Part shown: in pieces, positions 1 to 10,573 of the stretch
Layout: each line of letters starts with the position of its first letter
Numbering within the stretch: the stretch's first letter is position 1
Assembly (NCBI GenBank): GCA_963743215.1
Contig: CAVUOY010000010.1
Span: 72,225 to 136,224, forward strand
Source of the DNA: an uncultured Chloroflexia bacterium
GTDB lineage: Bacteria; Chloroflexota; Anaerolineae; Anaerolineales; UBA4823
DNA length: 64,000 nucleotides
Direction: 5' to 3'
Translations under genes and position numbers: made by a program
Notes under the pieces: model-generated
Databases searched by the model: none
What the model saw: the letters and a program-made list of their open reading frames with translations, nothing else
Told to the model about the DNA's origin: nothing

Positions 1-555
1 ATCGGATTGGAAGCTCTGCCCCCACACCTGGATTTCTTTTCAGCGTTATTTCCCTTGCTCAGCTATCAGATGGCATTAGTCTTTGTGGGTCGAACCCGAT
101 GGATCTGGTGTGGAGTATTTATTACTGTCGCAGCAGGCAGCTTGATCTGGTGGTTAGGGTTATGGCAAGGGCTAGCATTGAGCATGACTCATGTAGCCGG
201 ATGTGTCGTACTGCCTGTATATGCAATTGCAAACCACGAACAGGATCAGGCAAACTTACGCCGGCAGACAATCCTGAGCGATTTACAGGAGAAGCACCGC
301 CAACTCGAGCTTTATACCAAACAGGCGGAGCAGATCGCAGCCATTGAAGAGCGAAACCGATTATCCCGCGAGCTTCACGACTCGGTTTCACAGATCATGT
401 TCAGCATCATCCTTAATACCAAATCTACTCAAATCCTATTGCAACGCCAACCCGAGCGAGTCAAACCTCAGCTTGAGAGATTGCTATTATTAACCCAGGC
501 TGCTCTTACTGAGATGAGGAGCTTGATCGCACAGTTACACCCGCAGAAAGAGTAA
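1..555 (+). CDS. Membrane sensor with HisKA_3 (NarX/LiaS/DesK-type) phosphoacceptor domain and no ATPase domain; 5'-partial
   Basis: TM segments then EERNRLSRELHDSVSQ; frame open from base 1; stop directly after the DHp helices. Confidence 0.85.
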   Translation: MGLEALPPHLDFFSALFPLLSYQMALVFVGRTRWIWCGVFITVAAGSLIWWLGLWQGLALSMTHVAGCVVLPVYAIANHEQDQANLRRQTILSDLQEKHRQLELYTKQAEQIAAIEERNRLSRELHDSVSQIMFSIILNTKSTQILLQRQPERVKPQLERLLLLTQAALTEMRSLIAQLHPQKE

Positions 556-728
556 ATTGCAAATCACCTGGGGGTACGACTTTAGCCTTAGGTCAAAACA
601 CCTAGGGATATCCACCTTTAACTGGACAATTAAATCCAACTAAATCGACTCAATCTTTCAAGCTCCAGCCGGATGTAATTCATGGGCAACTTCTGTATGA
701 TGATTGTGTAACCATTCAGGAGCTGTAA

Positions 729-1127
729 ATGATCCATGATTGCAATATCCCCAACCCCAATTCCGCACTAATAAAAATATTGATCGTTGATGACATGGAC
801 CATGTGAGACAGGAACTGCGCCAGCTGCTAGAGCTCAGTGATGGGATAAAAGTCATTGGAGAGGCAGGTGATGGACAGGAAGCCATCAAAAAAGCCGAAT
901 CACTACATCCGGATGTGGTCATTATAGACCTGGAAATGCCCATTCTTGACGGCATTCAAGCCACACGGCAAATCAAGGAGCGCAAACTTGCAAGAAGAGT
1001 GGTTATGTTAAGCGTGCATTCAGAACCTGAGGAGGTTGAGCTTGCCATGCAAGCAGGAACCGATGCATTTCTCCCAAAAGGCAGCCCTTATCCCATATTG
1101 ATCGAATCTATCCATCCAACCAAATAA
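729..1127 (+). CDS. Stand-alone receiver (REC) response regulator, NarL-like, no HTH
   Basis: ILIVDD, PDVVIIDLEMPILDG, FLPK motifs; ends after REC. Confidence 0.9.
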   Translation: MIHDCNIPNPNSALIKILIVDDMDHVRQELRQLLELSDGIKVIGEAGDGQEAIKKAESLHPDVVIIDLEMPILDGIQATRQIKERKLARRVVMLSVHSEPEEVELAMQAGTDAFLPKGSPYPILIESIHPTK

Positions 1128-1144
1128 TAAAGAGGAGAAACAGA

Positions 1145-1606
1145 ATGAACAAAAAAAATATATTAATCACTGGCCTGGTCGGAGCAGTAATAACACTGCT
1201 CCTGACCAATATCCCGTTCGTGAACCTGATAAATTGCCTGGTGTGTTCAGGTTTTTGGGTGGGTCCACTTTTTGCAGTCTGGCTTTATAAACGTATGAGC
1301 GGCACGATCAGCCGGAAAGAAGGCATCTGGATCGGGGTAACCGCAGGGGCGATCGCAGGTGTGATCGGTTTCCTGCTTAGCTTCGCTGGATTAGCGGGTG
1401 CAACTGGATTTGTCAACGATATCAATATGCTCATGCCAGAGCAAGACCAGATCGATCTGAGCGGAATAGGTGGAGAGATCGGATCAATCGTGTTCACGTT
1501 CTTTGGGATAATTTTCGACATCGTCGTTGGAGCAATCGGAGGTTATGTTGGTGCGGCAATTTTTAGACCTAAGAACCAGACTAGAAAGGAAGCTGGAAAT
1601 GAATAA
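1145..1606 (+). CDS. Small multi-pass membrane protein
   Basis: Gly-rich hydrophobic helices; RBS AGGAG upstream. Confidence 0.8.
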   Translation: MNKKNILITGLVGAVITLLLTNIPFVNLINCLVCSGFWVGPLFAVWLYKRMSGTISRKEGIWIGVTAGAIAGVIGFLLSFAGLAGATGFVNDINMLMPEQDQIDLSGIGGEIGSIVFTFFGIIFDIVVGAIGGYVGAAIFRPKNQTRKEAGNE

Positions 1607-2831
1607 GGAGTTTACGCTTACTCAAGGAAAGACCCTGACACTCAGCAAAGGAAAAAAACTTGTACTTAAAATACTGCTAGGTCTTGTTCTTCTCGGTCTG
1701 GCATTGTTCTTGATCTTAATCGCTTATCTCTCCTTCCGTTATTCGCCCGTATATATGTACCGTGAGATATTTTTGGATCTTGGCGATCCAAATGACTATC
1801 TATATTTTCCTGAACGCAAGCTGACAGCCAGTCTTGATCCATTTGAGTTTAAGGTGGATGGAGCACAAGAAAAAGTCGTCCGGGAAACATTTCAATCAGA
1901 CCCCGGGATTCAAAACCTGGAAGCCTTTTTAGATAAGTCAGGCAGCCAGGCATTCCTGGTCATCCGCGACGATACAATCCTCTACGAACACTACTTAAAG
2001 GGATATCAGCGTGATTCTATCGTGACATCATTTTCGGTTGCCAAATCCTTCACTTCAGCTTTAATCGGAATCGCCATCCAAGAGGGGTATATCAAAAGCG
2101 TAGAAGATCCGATCACAGATTACATTCCCGAATTACTAGACCGAGATCCACGTTTTCAAGATATTCAGATCCGGCATTTATTGATGATGGCATCCGGACT
2201 GCGTTTTGATGACAGTCTTCCGGCTGGACTCAGTGATGACAGCCTTTCCTATTCATTTGACGATATGCGGCATCTGGTTCTCACCGAAACCAAGGTAGCC
2301 AAGGCACCCGGTGAGGAATTTGTCTATAACAAATACAATCCACTTTTGCTCGGCATGATTATCGAACGGACAACTGGTAAGAAGGTGACGACCTATCTGC
2401 AAGAGAAACTCTGGAATCCGCTTGGAATGCAGTTCGATGGCTCCTGGAGCCTTGACAGCCAGAAGAGCGGTTTCGAGAAAATGGAAACCGGGATCAACGC
2501 AAGAGCGATCGATTTTGCAAAATTTGGTCGCCTGTATCTGAAAAACGGAGACTGGAACGGCGCACAACTGATTCCGTCTGATTGGGTAAATCTCACTACC
2601 CAGGATGCAGGCTTGTTTTCGTTTGACATCATATCTTATGGTTATATGTGGTGGGGTGCGCGCTGCCGACCAGAGAGCCAGGATTTTGCTGCAGTTGGCG
2701 ATTTCGGTCAATTTATTTACGTTTCACCTGATAAGGATTTGATCATTGTGAGAAACGGCGAGCAATATGGCCTGGATGGTGATGCCGATTGGATGTATAT
2801 CTTGTGCGAATTTGCTGCTGCCATGCCTTGA
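1599..2831 (+). CDS. Membrane-anchored serine hydrolase (beta-lactamase/AmpC family)
   Basis: SFSVAKS (SxxK), YNK, LWNPLGM, DFAKFGRLYL; ATG 1599 overlaps upstream stop. Confidence 0.9.
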   Translation: MNKEFTLTQGKTLTLSKGKKLVLKILLGLVLLGLALFLILIAYLSFRYSPVYMYREIFLDLGDPNDYLYFPERKLTASLDPFEFKVDGAQEKVVRETFQSDPGIQNLEAFLDKSGSQAFLVIRDDTILYEHYLKGYQRDSIVTSFSVAKSFTSALIGIAIQEGYIKSVEDPITDYIPELLDRDPRFQDIQIRHLLMMASGLRFDDSLPAGLSDDSLSYSFDDMRHLVLTETKVAKAPGEEFVYNKYNPLLLGMIIERTTGKKVTTYLQEKLWNPLGMQFDGSWSLDSQKSGFEKMETGINARAIDFAKFGRLYLKNGDWNGAQLIPSDWVNLTTQDAGLFSFDIISYGYMWWGARCRPESQDFAAVGDFGQFIYVSPDKDLIIVRNGEQYGLDGDADWMYILCEFAAAMP

Positions 2832-2862
2832 TCGCAATAAGGATGTTGAAAGGATACCTGAC

Positions 2863-4498
2863 ATGAAAATAAACCGCACTATGATCCTTCGAATTACGTT
2901 CGGGGTTGTTCTGCTTCTGCTGGCAGCTTTATCAGCCTTGCCGACAATCCCGCCAAAGGCCGTGGGGACGGATGCTCCAGCCACGCGGTTCTCAGCTGAG
3001 CGGGCAATGAACGATTTGGAAGTGGTAGCTGATAAACCTCACAGTGCTGGATCACCCGAACAGGCAATTGTACGCGATTACATCATCGCACAAATAGTCA
3101 AATTGGGACTGAGTGCCGAGATACAGACCAGTGGGCAAATCTCGAATATTATCGTGCGCCTGCCAGGGACTGATCCGACCCAGGCGGTGCTGGTGACAGG
3201 ACATTATGACTCGCATCCACCCGCCCCCGGTGCGGGCGATGATGGAGTATCCACGGTCGCGATGCTCGAATCAATCCGAAGTCCTGCAGGCCAGCGCACC
3301 CTTGCTGAACGACGTTCAGTTTCTGTTCACTGATGGCGAAGAGACGGGTTGGTTAGGCGCGAAGGCCTTCATCAAGAATTATCCAGATGCCAAGCAGGGG
3401 ACAGGTGTGGTTCTGGTCTTCGATGCCCGCCCAGGTAATGCTCCTCTCGTGATGTCGGAGACCACACCTGGTGACGGCTGGTTGATCCGGCAAATGACTG
3501 GCATTCCCCTGCGAGTGTGGGCTGGCTCATGGAACAATCGCGAGGAAAGGATGGAAGTAAATACCGACTTTGATTTTTTCCAGCCAGCTGGCTACACCGG
3601 TGTGGTGTTCGAGAATGAAATCAATGGAACCAGGTATCATACCGATCGAGATACCGTGGACGCTATTTCAGCGGATTTGGTGCAGGCTTACGGTCATACA
3701 ATTCTCGCCCTAACCAAACGTTTCGGAGGAATTGACCTGAATACCAAAACAACGACTCCCGATCTGGTTTATTTCAACGCACCACTGGTGGGGCTGATCG
3801 CCTATCCCAGCTGGGTCATGCTGGTTCTGAGCATCCTTGCCATTCTGGCAATACCTGCCTGTATGCTGGTCGCCTGGCGGCATAAACGTTTTTCGCTCAG
3901 AAATTTCTTACTGGGAGTGGGAGGTCTGCTGCTGGGAATTGTACTCAGTGTCGTGATTGCACAGCTCATCTGGAGCATCGTGCAGAAAGGTCATGCTCGC
4001 GAAATAGCGGCTTATGGGAGATTTGAGGCTAGTGCCGGCTGGCATATAGGGCTGATGATTGCTGCAGCCTTGTTGATGATTGTGCTCCAATTCAATCTTT
4101 CGCGCAAATTTGGTGTGGTTAATATCGCCACTGCAGGAATGGTCCTCTACATCTTGATCTGGACGGTCGTACATTTTGTTATGGAAGCAGATAATCCACT
4201 AACCACCCCTAACATTGCCTTACCACTCCTGGGAAGCACGGTGGGGACGGCAGTCCTGTTGCTTTTCAAGAATCCGATTTTGAAATTCATCCTACTCACA
4301 TTTTCTGCGTTGATCATGCTGGTATTGATTGTTCCAACTGTGTGGTTAGGAACTTACACTGGCGAAGATGCCTGGCTTACGGCTTTGGTGATCAGCGTCG
4401 TACTCTGCCTTTTTGTACCCTTTGTTGAGGCTGTCTTTGGAAAGGCATTTTCTACTTCGGAGATAACTCCTTGTGCCGGCAGAGACGAGCTCCCTTGA
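2863..4498 (+). CDS. M28 family membrane metallopeptidase (ERMP1/PFF1-like), frameshifted near 3280
   Basis: GHYDS and GAGDDG in one frame; TDGEE and YHTDRD plus multi-TM C-terminus in the next; extra A in ATCCGAAGTC. Confidence 0.85.
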
Positions 4499-4634
4499 TT
4501 AACTATATTTCTGGGCCTGTGCTAATCATGATCATAACAACGGCATTGGTCTGGCCCCAGGTGATGATCGCGATCGGTAAAAGAGAAACACCAGTTTCGA
4601 ATCGAGATTTAATACACTGCACAGGTAATAGATA

Positions 4635-4839
4635 GGGGTGTCCCAAATGTAGATGTGCGACCAGATATCATGATTGATTGCCCCTGCGCTCTAACCGAAG
4701 GCGCACCATGTAGGGCCTAGGGGAAACTTTTCTGGTGTATTCTATTCAAATCCCATCCCTCCGGTCAAAAGCTGACCGGACTGGTTACGCCGCTACATTT
4801 TAGGATGTATTCCACAATTGTGGCTTTTTAGACAGCACC
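4635..4839. mobile_element. MITE copy 1 (205 bp)
   Basis: Ends GGGGTGTCCCAAATG...GCTTTTTAGACAGCACC form imperfect TIRs flanked by TA on both sides; homologous to 6381-6559. Confidence 0.7.
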
Positions 4840-4861
4840 TATCAAAAACAAGGAGGTAGAC

Positions 4862-6358
4862 ATGCAAAAGCGAATCATAAGTATCGTCGTAATCATCGTG
4901 GGGATGATAGCAATTCTGGCCGTTGTGCTCATACCCCGATTGATCAAGCGTAATCGAGTTACGATGCCAGATTATTGGCCAACCCAGGGATGGCGCACTA
5001 GTACCCCAGAAGAGCAAGGATTTGATTCCGCAAAGCTGGCGGAAGCACTGCGGACTATCCATGAACAGGGCATCAACATGGATAGCTTACTAGTAATTCG
5101 AAATGGTTCGGTGATCCTGGATGCTTACTTCTATCCTTACGACGGCTCACTGCCGCATGATTTAGCCTCGGTGACCAAGAGCGTGATGACCACGTTGATC
5201 GGCATCGCCGAAGACCAGGGCATAATCCAGCTGGACCAGCCGATTGTGAAGTATTTCGGTGACCGGACCATCGCCAATCTGGACGCCCGGAAAGAGCGCA
5301 TTACCATCCGACATTTGGCAGGCATGATGAACGGATTCGAGTCAGGCTGTCTGTCTGGAGACGAGGCGACCCTGGATGCGATGCGGGCGACAGCAGATTG
5401 GGTGCAAACTACACTCGACCGCAAGATGGCTCAGAAACCGGGCACCGGTTTCTGTTATGACAGCCCTGGAATGCACCTGCTCTCAGCAATCCTGCAGGAA
5501 GCGACCGGAATGACTACTTTGGATTATGCCCGCCAATACCTTTTCGAGCCATTGGGAATTTACGATGTGGTGTGGGAATCAGATCCTCAGGGCTACACGC
5601 ATGGCTGGGGTGATTTACATCTGAAACCAGGTGATTTAGCAAAAATTGGTTATTTATGGCTTAATAATGGTGTATGGGATGGTAAGCAAATCGTTTCGGC
5701 TGATTGGGTGGACAATGCAATTAAACCGAAAGTTAATGCGGATATAGATCAATATGGTTATGGCTGGTGGGTATCAACGAATGTTTATTACGCAATGGGT
5801 CGTGGCGGGCAAACTATGCGGGTATTTCCGTTATCGAATTCGATTATCGTCGCGACCGGATCCAACCTGGTATTTGAACAATATTTTCCATACCTGCTGG
5901 CAGCGCTAATTGATCAAGATAATGCATTGAGCCCCACTTCGGAGGGAGCAGCTCAATTAAGAGAAGCACTTGAAGCGATCACGCTACCATCTGGAGCGGA
6001 GACAACTATACCTACCCCCGAACTTGCCGGAATAGTAACCGGTCAGATGTATAAGTTAGAGCCCAACCCCATTCTTGCCGATTCACTTAGGATTGATTTC
6101 GACGCATCCTCCCAGGCCAGGATGCAGATTAAGCTTGTCGACAGAGATATACCTATCGAGGGGTCCATCGGCCTGGCGGGGAAATTCCTCCCCGCATCCA
6201 ATGGATGGGGGCTGCGAGGTTATTGGACTGATCCACATACTTTTGTCTTCGAGATATTCGACATCGGGATTATACGCTGCCAATTAAGTTATAAGGATAA
6301 TAGCCTAGAGCTAGAGGTGCTAGGTAAAAGGATAGAAGGTCGAGTGATTGATCGATAA
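4862..6358 (+). CDS. Serine hydrolase (beta-lactamase family) with N-terminal anchor and C-terminal extension
   Basis: ASVTKS, YDS, LFEPLGI, YGYGWW, AMGRGGQ; RBS AAGGAGG. Confidence 0.92.
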   Translation: MQKRIISIVVIIVGMIAILAVVLIPRLIKRNRVTMPDYWPTQGWRTSTPEEQGFDSAKLAEALRTIHEQGINMDSLLVIRNGSVILDAYFYPYDGSLPHDLASVTKSVMTTLIGIAEDQGIIQLDQPIVKYFGDRTIANLDARKERITIRHLAGMMNGFESGCLSGDEATLDAMRATADWVQTTLDRKMAQKPGTGFCYDSPGMHLLSAILQEATGMTTLDYARQYLFEPLGIYDVVWESDPQGYTHGWGDLHLKPGDLAKIGYLWLNNGVWDGKQIVSADWVDNAIKPKVNADIDQYGYGWWVSTNVYYAMGRGGQTMRVFPLSNSIIVATGSNLVFEQYFPYLLAALIDQDNALSPTSEGAAQLREALEAITLPSGAETTIPTPELAGIVTGQMYKLEPNPILADSLRIDFDASSQARMQIKLVDRDIPIEGSIGLAGKFLPASNGWGLRGYWTDPHTFVFEIFDIGIIRCQLSYKDNSLELEVLGKRIEGRVIDR

Positions 6359-6380
6359 AATTATGCAAACAACAAATTCA

Positions 6381-6559
6381 GGGGCTGTCATAAAAGTAGA
6401 TACGCGACCAGATATCATGATTTATTACCCCTACTCTCTGACCGAAGACGCATCATGTGGGCGTAGGGGAAACTTTTCTGGTGTATTTTATTCAAATCCC
6501 ACCCCTACGCTGCTACGTTTTAGGATATATTCCACAATTGTGATTTATTACACTGCTAC
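6381..6559. mobile_element. MITE copy 2 (179 bp, degenerate right end)
   Basis: Starts GGGGCTGTCATAAAAGT; shares blocks GCGACCAGATATCATGATT, TAGGGGAAACTTTTCTGGTGTATT and TATTCCACAATTGTG with copy 1. Confidence 0.7.
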
Positions 6560-6595
6560 TGATATGAATCAACCATACACAGCTCTCCCGTATTC

Positions 6596-7499
6596 TCAAG
6601 TGTGAGCGGGCAGGAGTTTCTCATCCTGAGCCATGTGATATTCCAACAGGCCACGAGCGTGCTCGATCATTCCATCCAACAACCCTTGCCCCATAAATTC
6701 CAGATCATCGGTCGTCAGGGGATTTGAAAATGTGAGCCGGGGAGTAACGCGGATTGAATTAGGGATGATCATTTGTTGGATCACCTGCAAGAACTCAGCA
6801 ATGCTCCGCTGCCGATGATCATCTCCCATTAAGCGGATAAATGGATTCCAACGCCAGCGCGGCAGAGAGCACCCCACTGACAATCGTCAGGAGCACACGA
6901 GTTTGTGGGACATGACGTAACATGACTTCGATGCTGGGGGACCACTTCCCCAAATCATTCGCAGCTAGAGGGGATAGGGCAGGATCAGGGTCAATTGTCC
7001 CGGTCGGAAAGATGAGCAGGGCACCGCCATTTTGAAGATGGCGGATCGCTGAACGCACCACCATCATACGCTCGTGAACGTCGCGGGAGGTATAGATCAG
7101 GGTTGAGGCCGCATTACGCAAACCCTGCACGAAGGGTGCGCCGGTCGCCACGATCTTTAAGTCAGGTCGGGGGATGTTAGCTGCGATAACCAGTGAGTCA
7201 CATGTACCTGGATGGTTGGAGGTGATGAGTAGCGGACCTTGTTGGGGGATGTTCTCAACATTATTAGCTTCATATGCCTGGGCGAAGACCGGTAAAATGC
7301 GCCTGGCAGCTTCTTTAAATCCGAATTGGGCAACATCATGGTCAAATTTAACTGCAACCTGGGCAAAACGGTGGGTAGGCAACCTGAAGAGTGGGCCAAA
7401 AGTTCGGCGAACCCAACCTTTTGGGGAGGCTTTAAATATCTTAAATAGCTCATCGGTGATGAACTGCGTCAACGCTTCGACGTCAGAATAGTTCTCCAT
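6596..7499 (-). CDS. PlsC-like acyltransferase, frameshifted near 6862
   Basis: SNHPGTCD and LLIFPTG; C-terminus continues in ORF 6596-6883. Confidence 0.8.
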
Positions 7500-7603
7500 A
7501 TTTTCCCACTTTATTGATGGGAGACCATCAATATATATATTCTATATCAAATTACGAATCTTGATAACCCAAATCCTAAAAACAAAACTTTAAGTTGTGG
7601 CGT

Positions 7604-8953
7604 TCAACGTGTATTAATATAGATCTCTTGATTGGCGTTCGTATCCCCAACCACCAGATTTAAGGCAGTAGACATAAACACGACTGCACGGCCATCAGAG
7701 GTGATCAATGGACCGTACGCAAGATCGATTCCTTTGGGAGTAACGGCTAAAAAACCAGAAGACTCATTACCCTGTGAGCCATCGCTGGCAACCGAGACAC
7801 GCTCTGTTTTTCCCGATTGACGGTCATGTATAAAGACGTCCATTACATTGTTTGTGTCGGCAGGTACCAAATTCGTAGCATTGGAACCAAATGCCACAAA
7901 GCGACCATCAGGGGAGATGGCTACACCATAGGAACCAGCATCTGCCTGCAAGCCATCACTTGATATTGAAACTCGGGTGGTTTCGCCCTTATCACGGTCG
8001 TGGACGAAGATATCCCAGACCTGATTGGTATCATCGGCGATCAACGTAGTGGCCAATGAAGCAAAGGCAATATATTTACCATCTGAAGAGATGGAAAGCG
8101 CAAACACCTGAGTGCCATTATCTGTTTGTGTGCCGTCTGTGGCAACCGAAACCCGGATAGTCTTTCCTGCTTTACGGTCATATTCAAAAACATCTCGGTA
8201 TCCGTTAGTATCTCCTTGAACCAGGTTGGTCGCATCGGATGCGAAGGCTACATAGCGTCCATCTGCAGAGATGACTGGATATTCGGATTGCGAATTTGCC
8301 TGCGAACCATCAAAACCATTCGAAATTATTTTGGTTTCGCCGGTAGTCATGTCGCGCAGGAAAATATCCCATGTATCGTTCGTGTCTGAGGCCACCAGGT
8401 TTGTTGCCTGTGACATAAATACCACATAGCGACCATCTGATGAAACGGATGACCAGAAGGATAGATCATTGCCTGATTTCCCATCTATTGCAACGGAAAT
8501 CAGATCTGTTTTTCCAGCCTTGAGGTCATGGAGAAAGACATCACCATAACTATTCGAGTCGTTATCCACCAGGTCATTTGCATCTGAGGTGAAGGTCACA
8601 TACCGTCCATCTGCAGAGATGAACGGCCAGTAAGAAGATTGATTCCCTTCCTCGCCGGTGCTGGAGATAGAGATCCGGGAGGTGGACTTCTTTACCAGAT
8701 CACGGACGAAGACATCCAGCACTCCATTGAGATCCTTGTCCACCAAATTAGCCGCTTCAGAGGTAAATGCGACATAACGCCCATCAGCTGAGATGGAAGG
8801 CTGCTTCGAGTGGTTATTTGCCTGCGATTTATCATTCGCGACCGACACAATTTGTGTACCCAATGTTTTTGATGCTGTACAGGCGGTGGATATGGCCATG
8901 ACTATGATTAGGATGATAATCACCAATGAGCGAAATTTCAATTGGATTTGCAT
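7604..8953 (-). CDS. Secreted/lipoprotein TolB-like PD40 beta-propeller repeat protein
   Basis: Repeated ISADGRYVAF-S-ATNLV..DTN...DVF units; hydrophobic signal ending ISTAC; start chosen by RBS. Confidence 0.88.
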   Translation of the reverse strand: MQIQLKFRSLVIIILIIVMAISTACTASKTLGTQIVSVANDKSQANNHSKQPSISADGRYVAFTSEAANLVDKDLNGVLDVFVRDLVKKSTSRISISSTGEEGNQSSYWPFISADGRYVTFTSDANDLVDNDSNSYGDVFLHDLKAGKTDLISVAIDGKSGNDLSFWSSVSSDGRYVVFMSQATNLVASDTNDTWDIFLRDMTTGETKIISNGFDGSQANSQSEYPVISADGRYVAFASDATNLVQGDTNGYRDVFEYDRKAGKTIRVSVATDGTQTDNGTQVFALSISSDGKYIAFASLATTLIADDTNQVWDIFVHDRDKGETTRVSISSDGLQADAGSYGVAISPDGRFVAFGSNATNLVPADTNNVMDVFIHDRQSGKTERVSVASDGSQGNESSGFLAVTPKGIDLAYGPLITSDGRAVVFMSTALNLVVGDTNANQEIYINTR

Positions 8954-9191
8954 GAGGTCCTCATACTGTACTGGGGTGTTTCCACGTTGAGCGGAATGGA
9001 CTTGATCGAGATCTGTACCACTCATACCAGCAAGTCGATGTTCCGTTGGAAGTTTTTAGACTGGTGAGTATACCACTTTCAGGAAAGCTAAATGCCTTTG
9101 CAAACAGCATCGTCATGGGGCACAACGTCAGCATAGTTTGGTCCGACAGATAACGGATTTATTAGAGATCAGTGTAATAAATATGCAAGAT

Positions 9192-9755
9192 TTATCCAAC
9201 TATATGTGTAATCACTACCCGTAGACCGATACCAACCAGGATTATCCCACCTAATATTTCCATTACCTTACCGAATCGTAGCCCGAGCTGATTTCCTAGA
9301 AGTAAACCGACGAGGGATAAAACTGCTGAAACTCCACCAATCAACAGGGCAGACCAAAATACATTCACATCCAGTAACGCCAGGCTAAGACCAACGGCAA
9401 GGGCATCAATGCTGGTGGCAACGCTCAACATCACCAGGGTAAGCCCACGAGAAGGATCAGGAATGGCAGGTTCTTCTCCGGCTTTCTGAAGCCCACCGCG
9501 GATCATACGCACACCGACGAAAGCTAACAGTGCAAAAGCCACCCAATGGTCGACTGCGGCGATATATGTGACCACAGTCTTGCCAGCTAGCCAGCCGAGC
9601 AAGGTCATTCCACCTTGGAAAAGCCCAAAGTGGAAGAACAAACGGAACGTCGGGCGCGGTCCCGTGGCGGTACCGGCAGTGCCCACACCGAGGGATACGG
9701 CGAAGCAATCCATGGCGAGACCGATGGCGATGAGGAAGATGGTCCAGAAAGGCAT
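9192..9755 (-). CDS. mntP: Manganese efflux pump MntP
   Basis: GLAMDCFAVS, FGLFQ, DHWVAF, ATSIDALAVG. Confidence 0.9.
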   Translation of the reverse strand: MPFWTIFLIAIGLAMDCFAVSLGVGTAGTATGPRPTFRLFFHFGLFQGGMTLLGWLAGKTVVTYIAAVDHWVAFALLAFVGVRMIRGGLQKAGEEPAIPDPSRGLTLVMLSVATSIDALAVGLSLALLDVNVFWSALLIGGVSAVLSLVGLLLGNQLGLRFGKVMEILGGIILVGIGLRVVITHIVG

Positions 9756-10086
9756 GTTATTCTCTATGAGGGGAGAATTATAACATTATGGGTATTTCAT
9801 GTTTAGTTCTTTGTAATTAATTTCATGCTCCCATATTTGTTATCACATTGAAATATCTTCGAGGCGGTAATAGAAATAAGTGAAGAAATATTAAAAGAAT
9901 GGGGTGGATTACGGCATGGATCGCAGGCTAATCGAGATGTTCGTGAAATCCTAAAACTTATTACGATGATTACAAAGTCATCAACAGGTATAATCCGGTT
10001 GAAATGAAATACCTGAAAATTCTAACGAGATATCGAAGAACTGTGTTCAGAGACCTTATCTGATGAATTATGAGGATTAAGCCAGT

Positions 10087-10557
10087 ATGACAGCTGAGAC
10101 CCCAACAATCACACCCAATTCCACCGTAAGCCTGCGGGAGGTGACCGCCGAAACCGTACGTGTCATCTGCCGTCTGGATGTAGATGAGACTCAAAAACAT
10201 TTCGTAGCTCCGAATTCCGTATCCATTGCGGAGGCATATTTCGAGCCGAAAGCATGGTTCCGGGCGATCTATGCAGACGAAACCCCAGTCGGTTTCCTGA
10301 TGCTGTATGATAACCCGGATGAAGAAGTTTACTTTTTATGGCGTTATATGATCGATGCGCGGTTTCAAAAAATGGGCTTTGGTAAAATGGCGATGGATTT
10401 ATTGCTGGAATACGTAAGTGCACGCCCCGGAGCAAAAGAGCTCAGGCTTAGCTGCCACCCTGGAGAGGATGGTCCCGAGCCGTTTTACCGGCGGTACGGG
10501 TTTAACCTCACGGGAAAGATGTTAGATAACGAAGCTGAAATGCGGATTGAGTTATAA
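10087..10557 (+). CDS. GNAT acetyltransferase (BltD/polyamine acetyltransferase-like)
   Basis: FVAPNSVSIAEA, RYMIDARFQKMGFG, FYRRYGF. Confidence 0.88.
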   Translation: MTAETPTITPNSTVSLREVTAETVRVICRLDVDETQKHFVAPNSVSIAEAYFEPKAWFRAIYADETPVGFLMLYDNPDEEVYFLWRYMIDARFQKMGFGKMAMDLLLEYVSARPGAKELRLSCHPGEDGPEPFYRRYGFNLTGKMLDNEAEMRIEL

Positions 10558-10573
10558 GCTCGTTTTAACCCGC

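Noticed and set aside
3270-3290. Programmed ribosomal frameshifting here and at the other split genes
   Set aside because: No slippery heptamers or consistent stimulators; unrelated gene families share a single-base error pattern.
708-4788. GTAACCATTCAG (708) and CGGACTGGTTAC (about 4776) as arms of a 4-kb cassette
   Set aside because: The second match is weak, lies within the MITE hairpin insertion, and has no flanking duplication.
4635-4839. Integron attC cassette boundaries
   Set aside because: No RYYYAAC/GTTRRRY ends and no integrase; TIR-like ends fit a MITE better.
7604-8800. Nucleotide repeats in the TolB-like gene as a DGR or repeat array
   Set aside because: They are codon-level beta-propeller blade repeats, with no adenine-specific variation and no reverse transcriptase nearby.
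9756-9960. yybP-ykoY Mn riboswitch upstream of mntP
   Set aside because: No recognisable riboswitch core; TATAAT lies only about 20 nt before the ATG.
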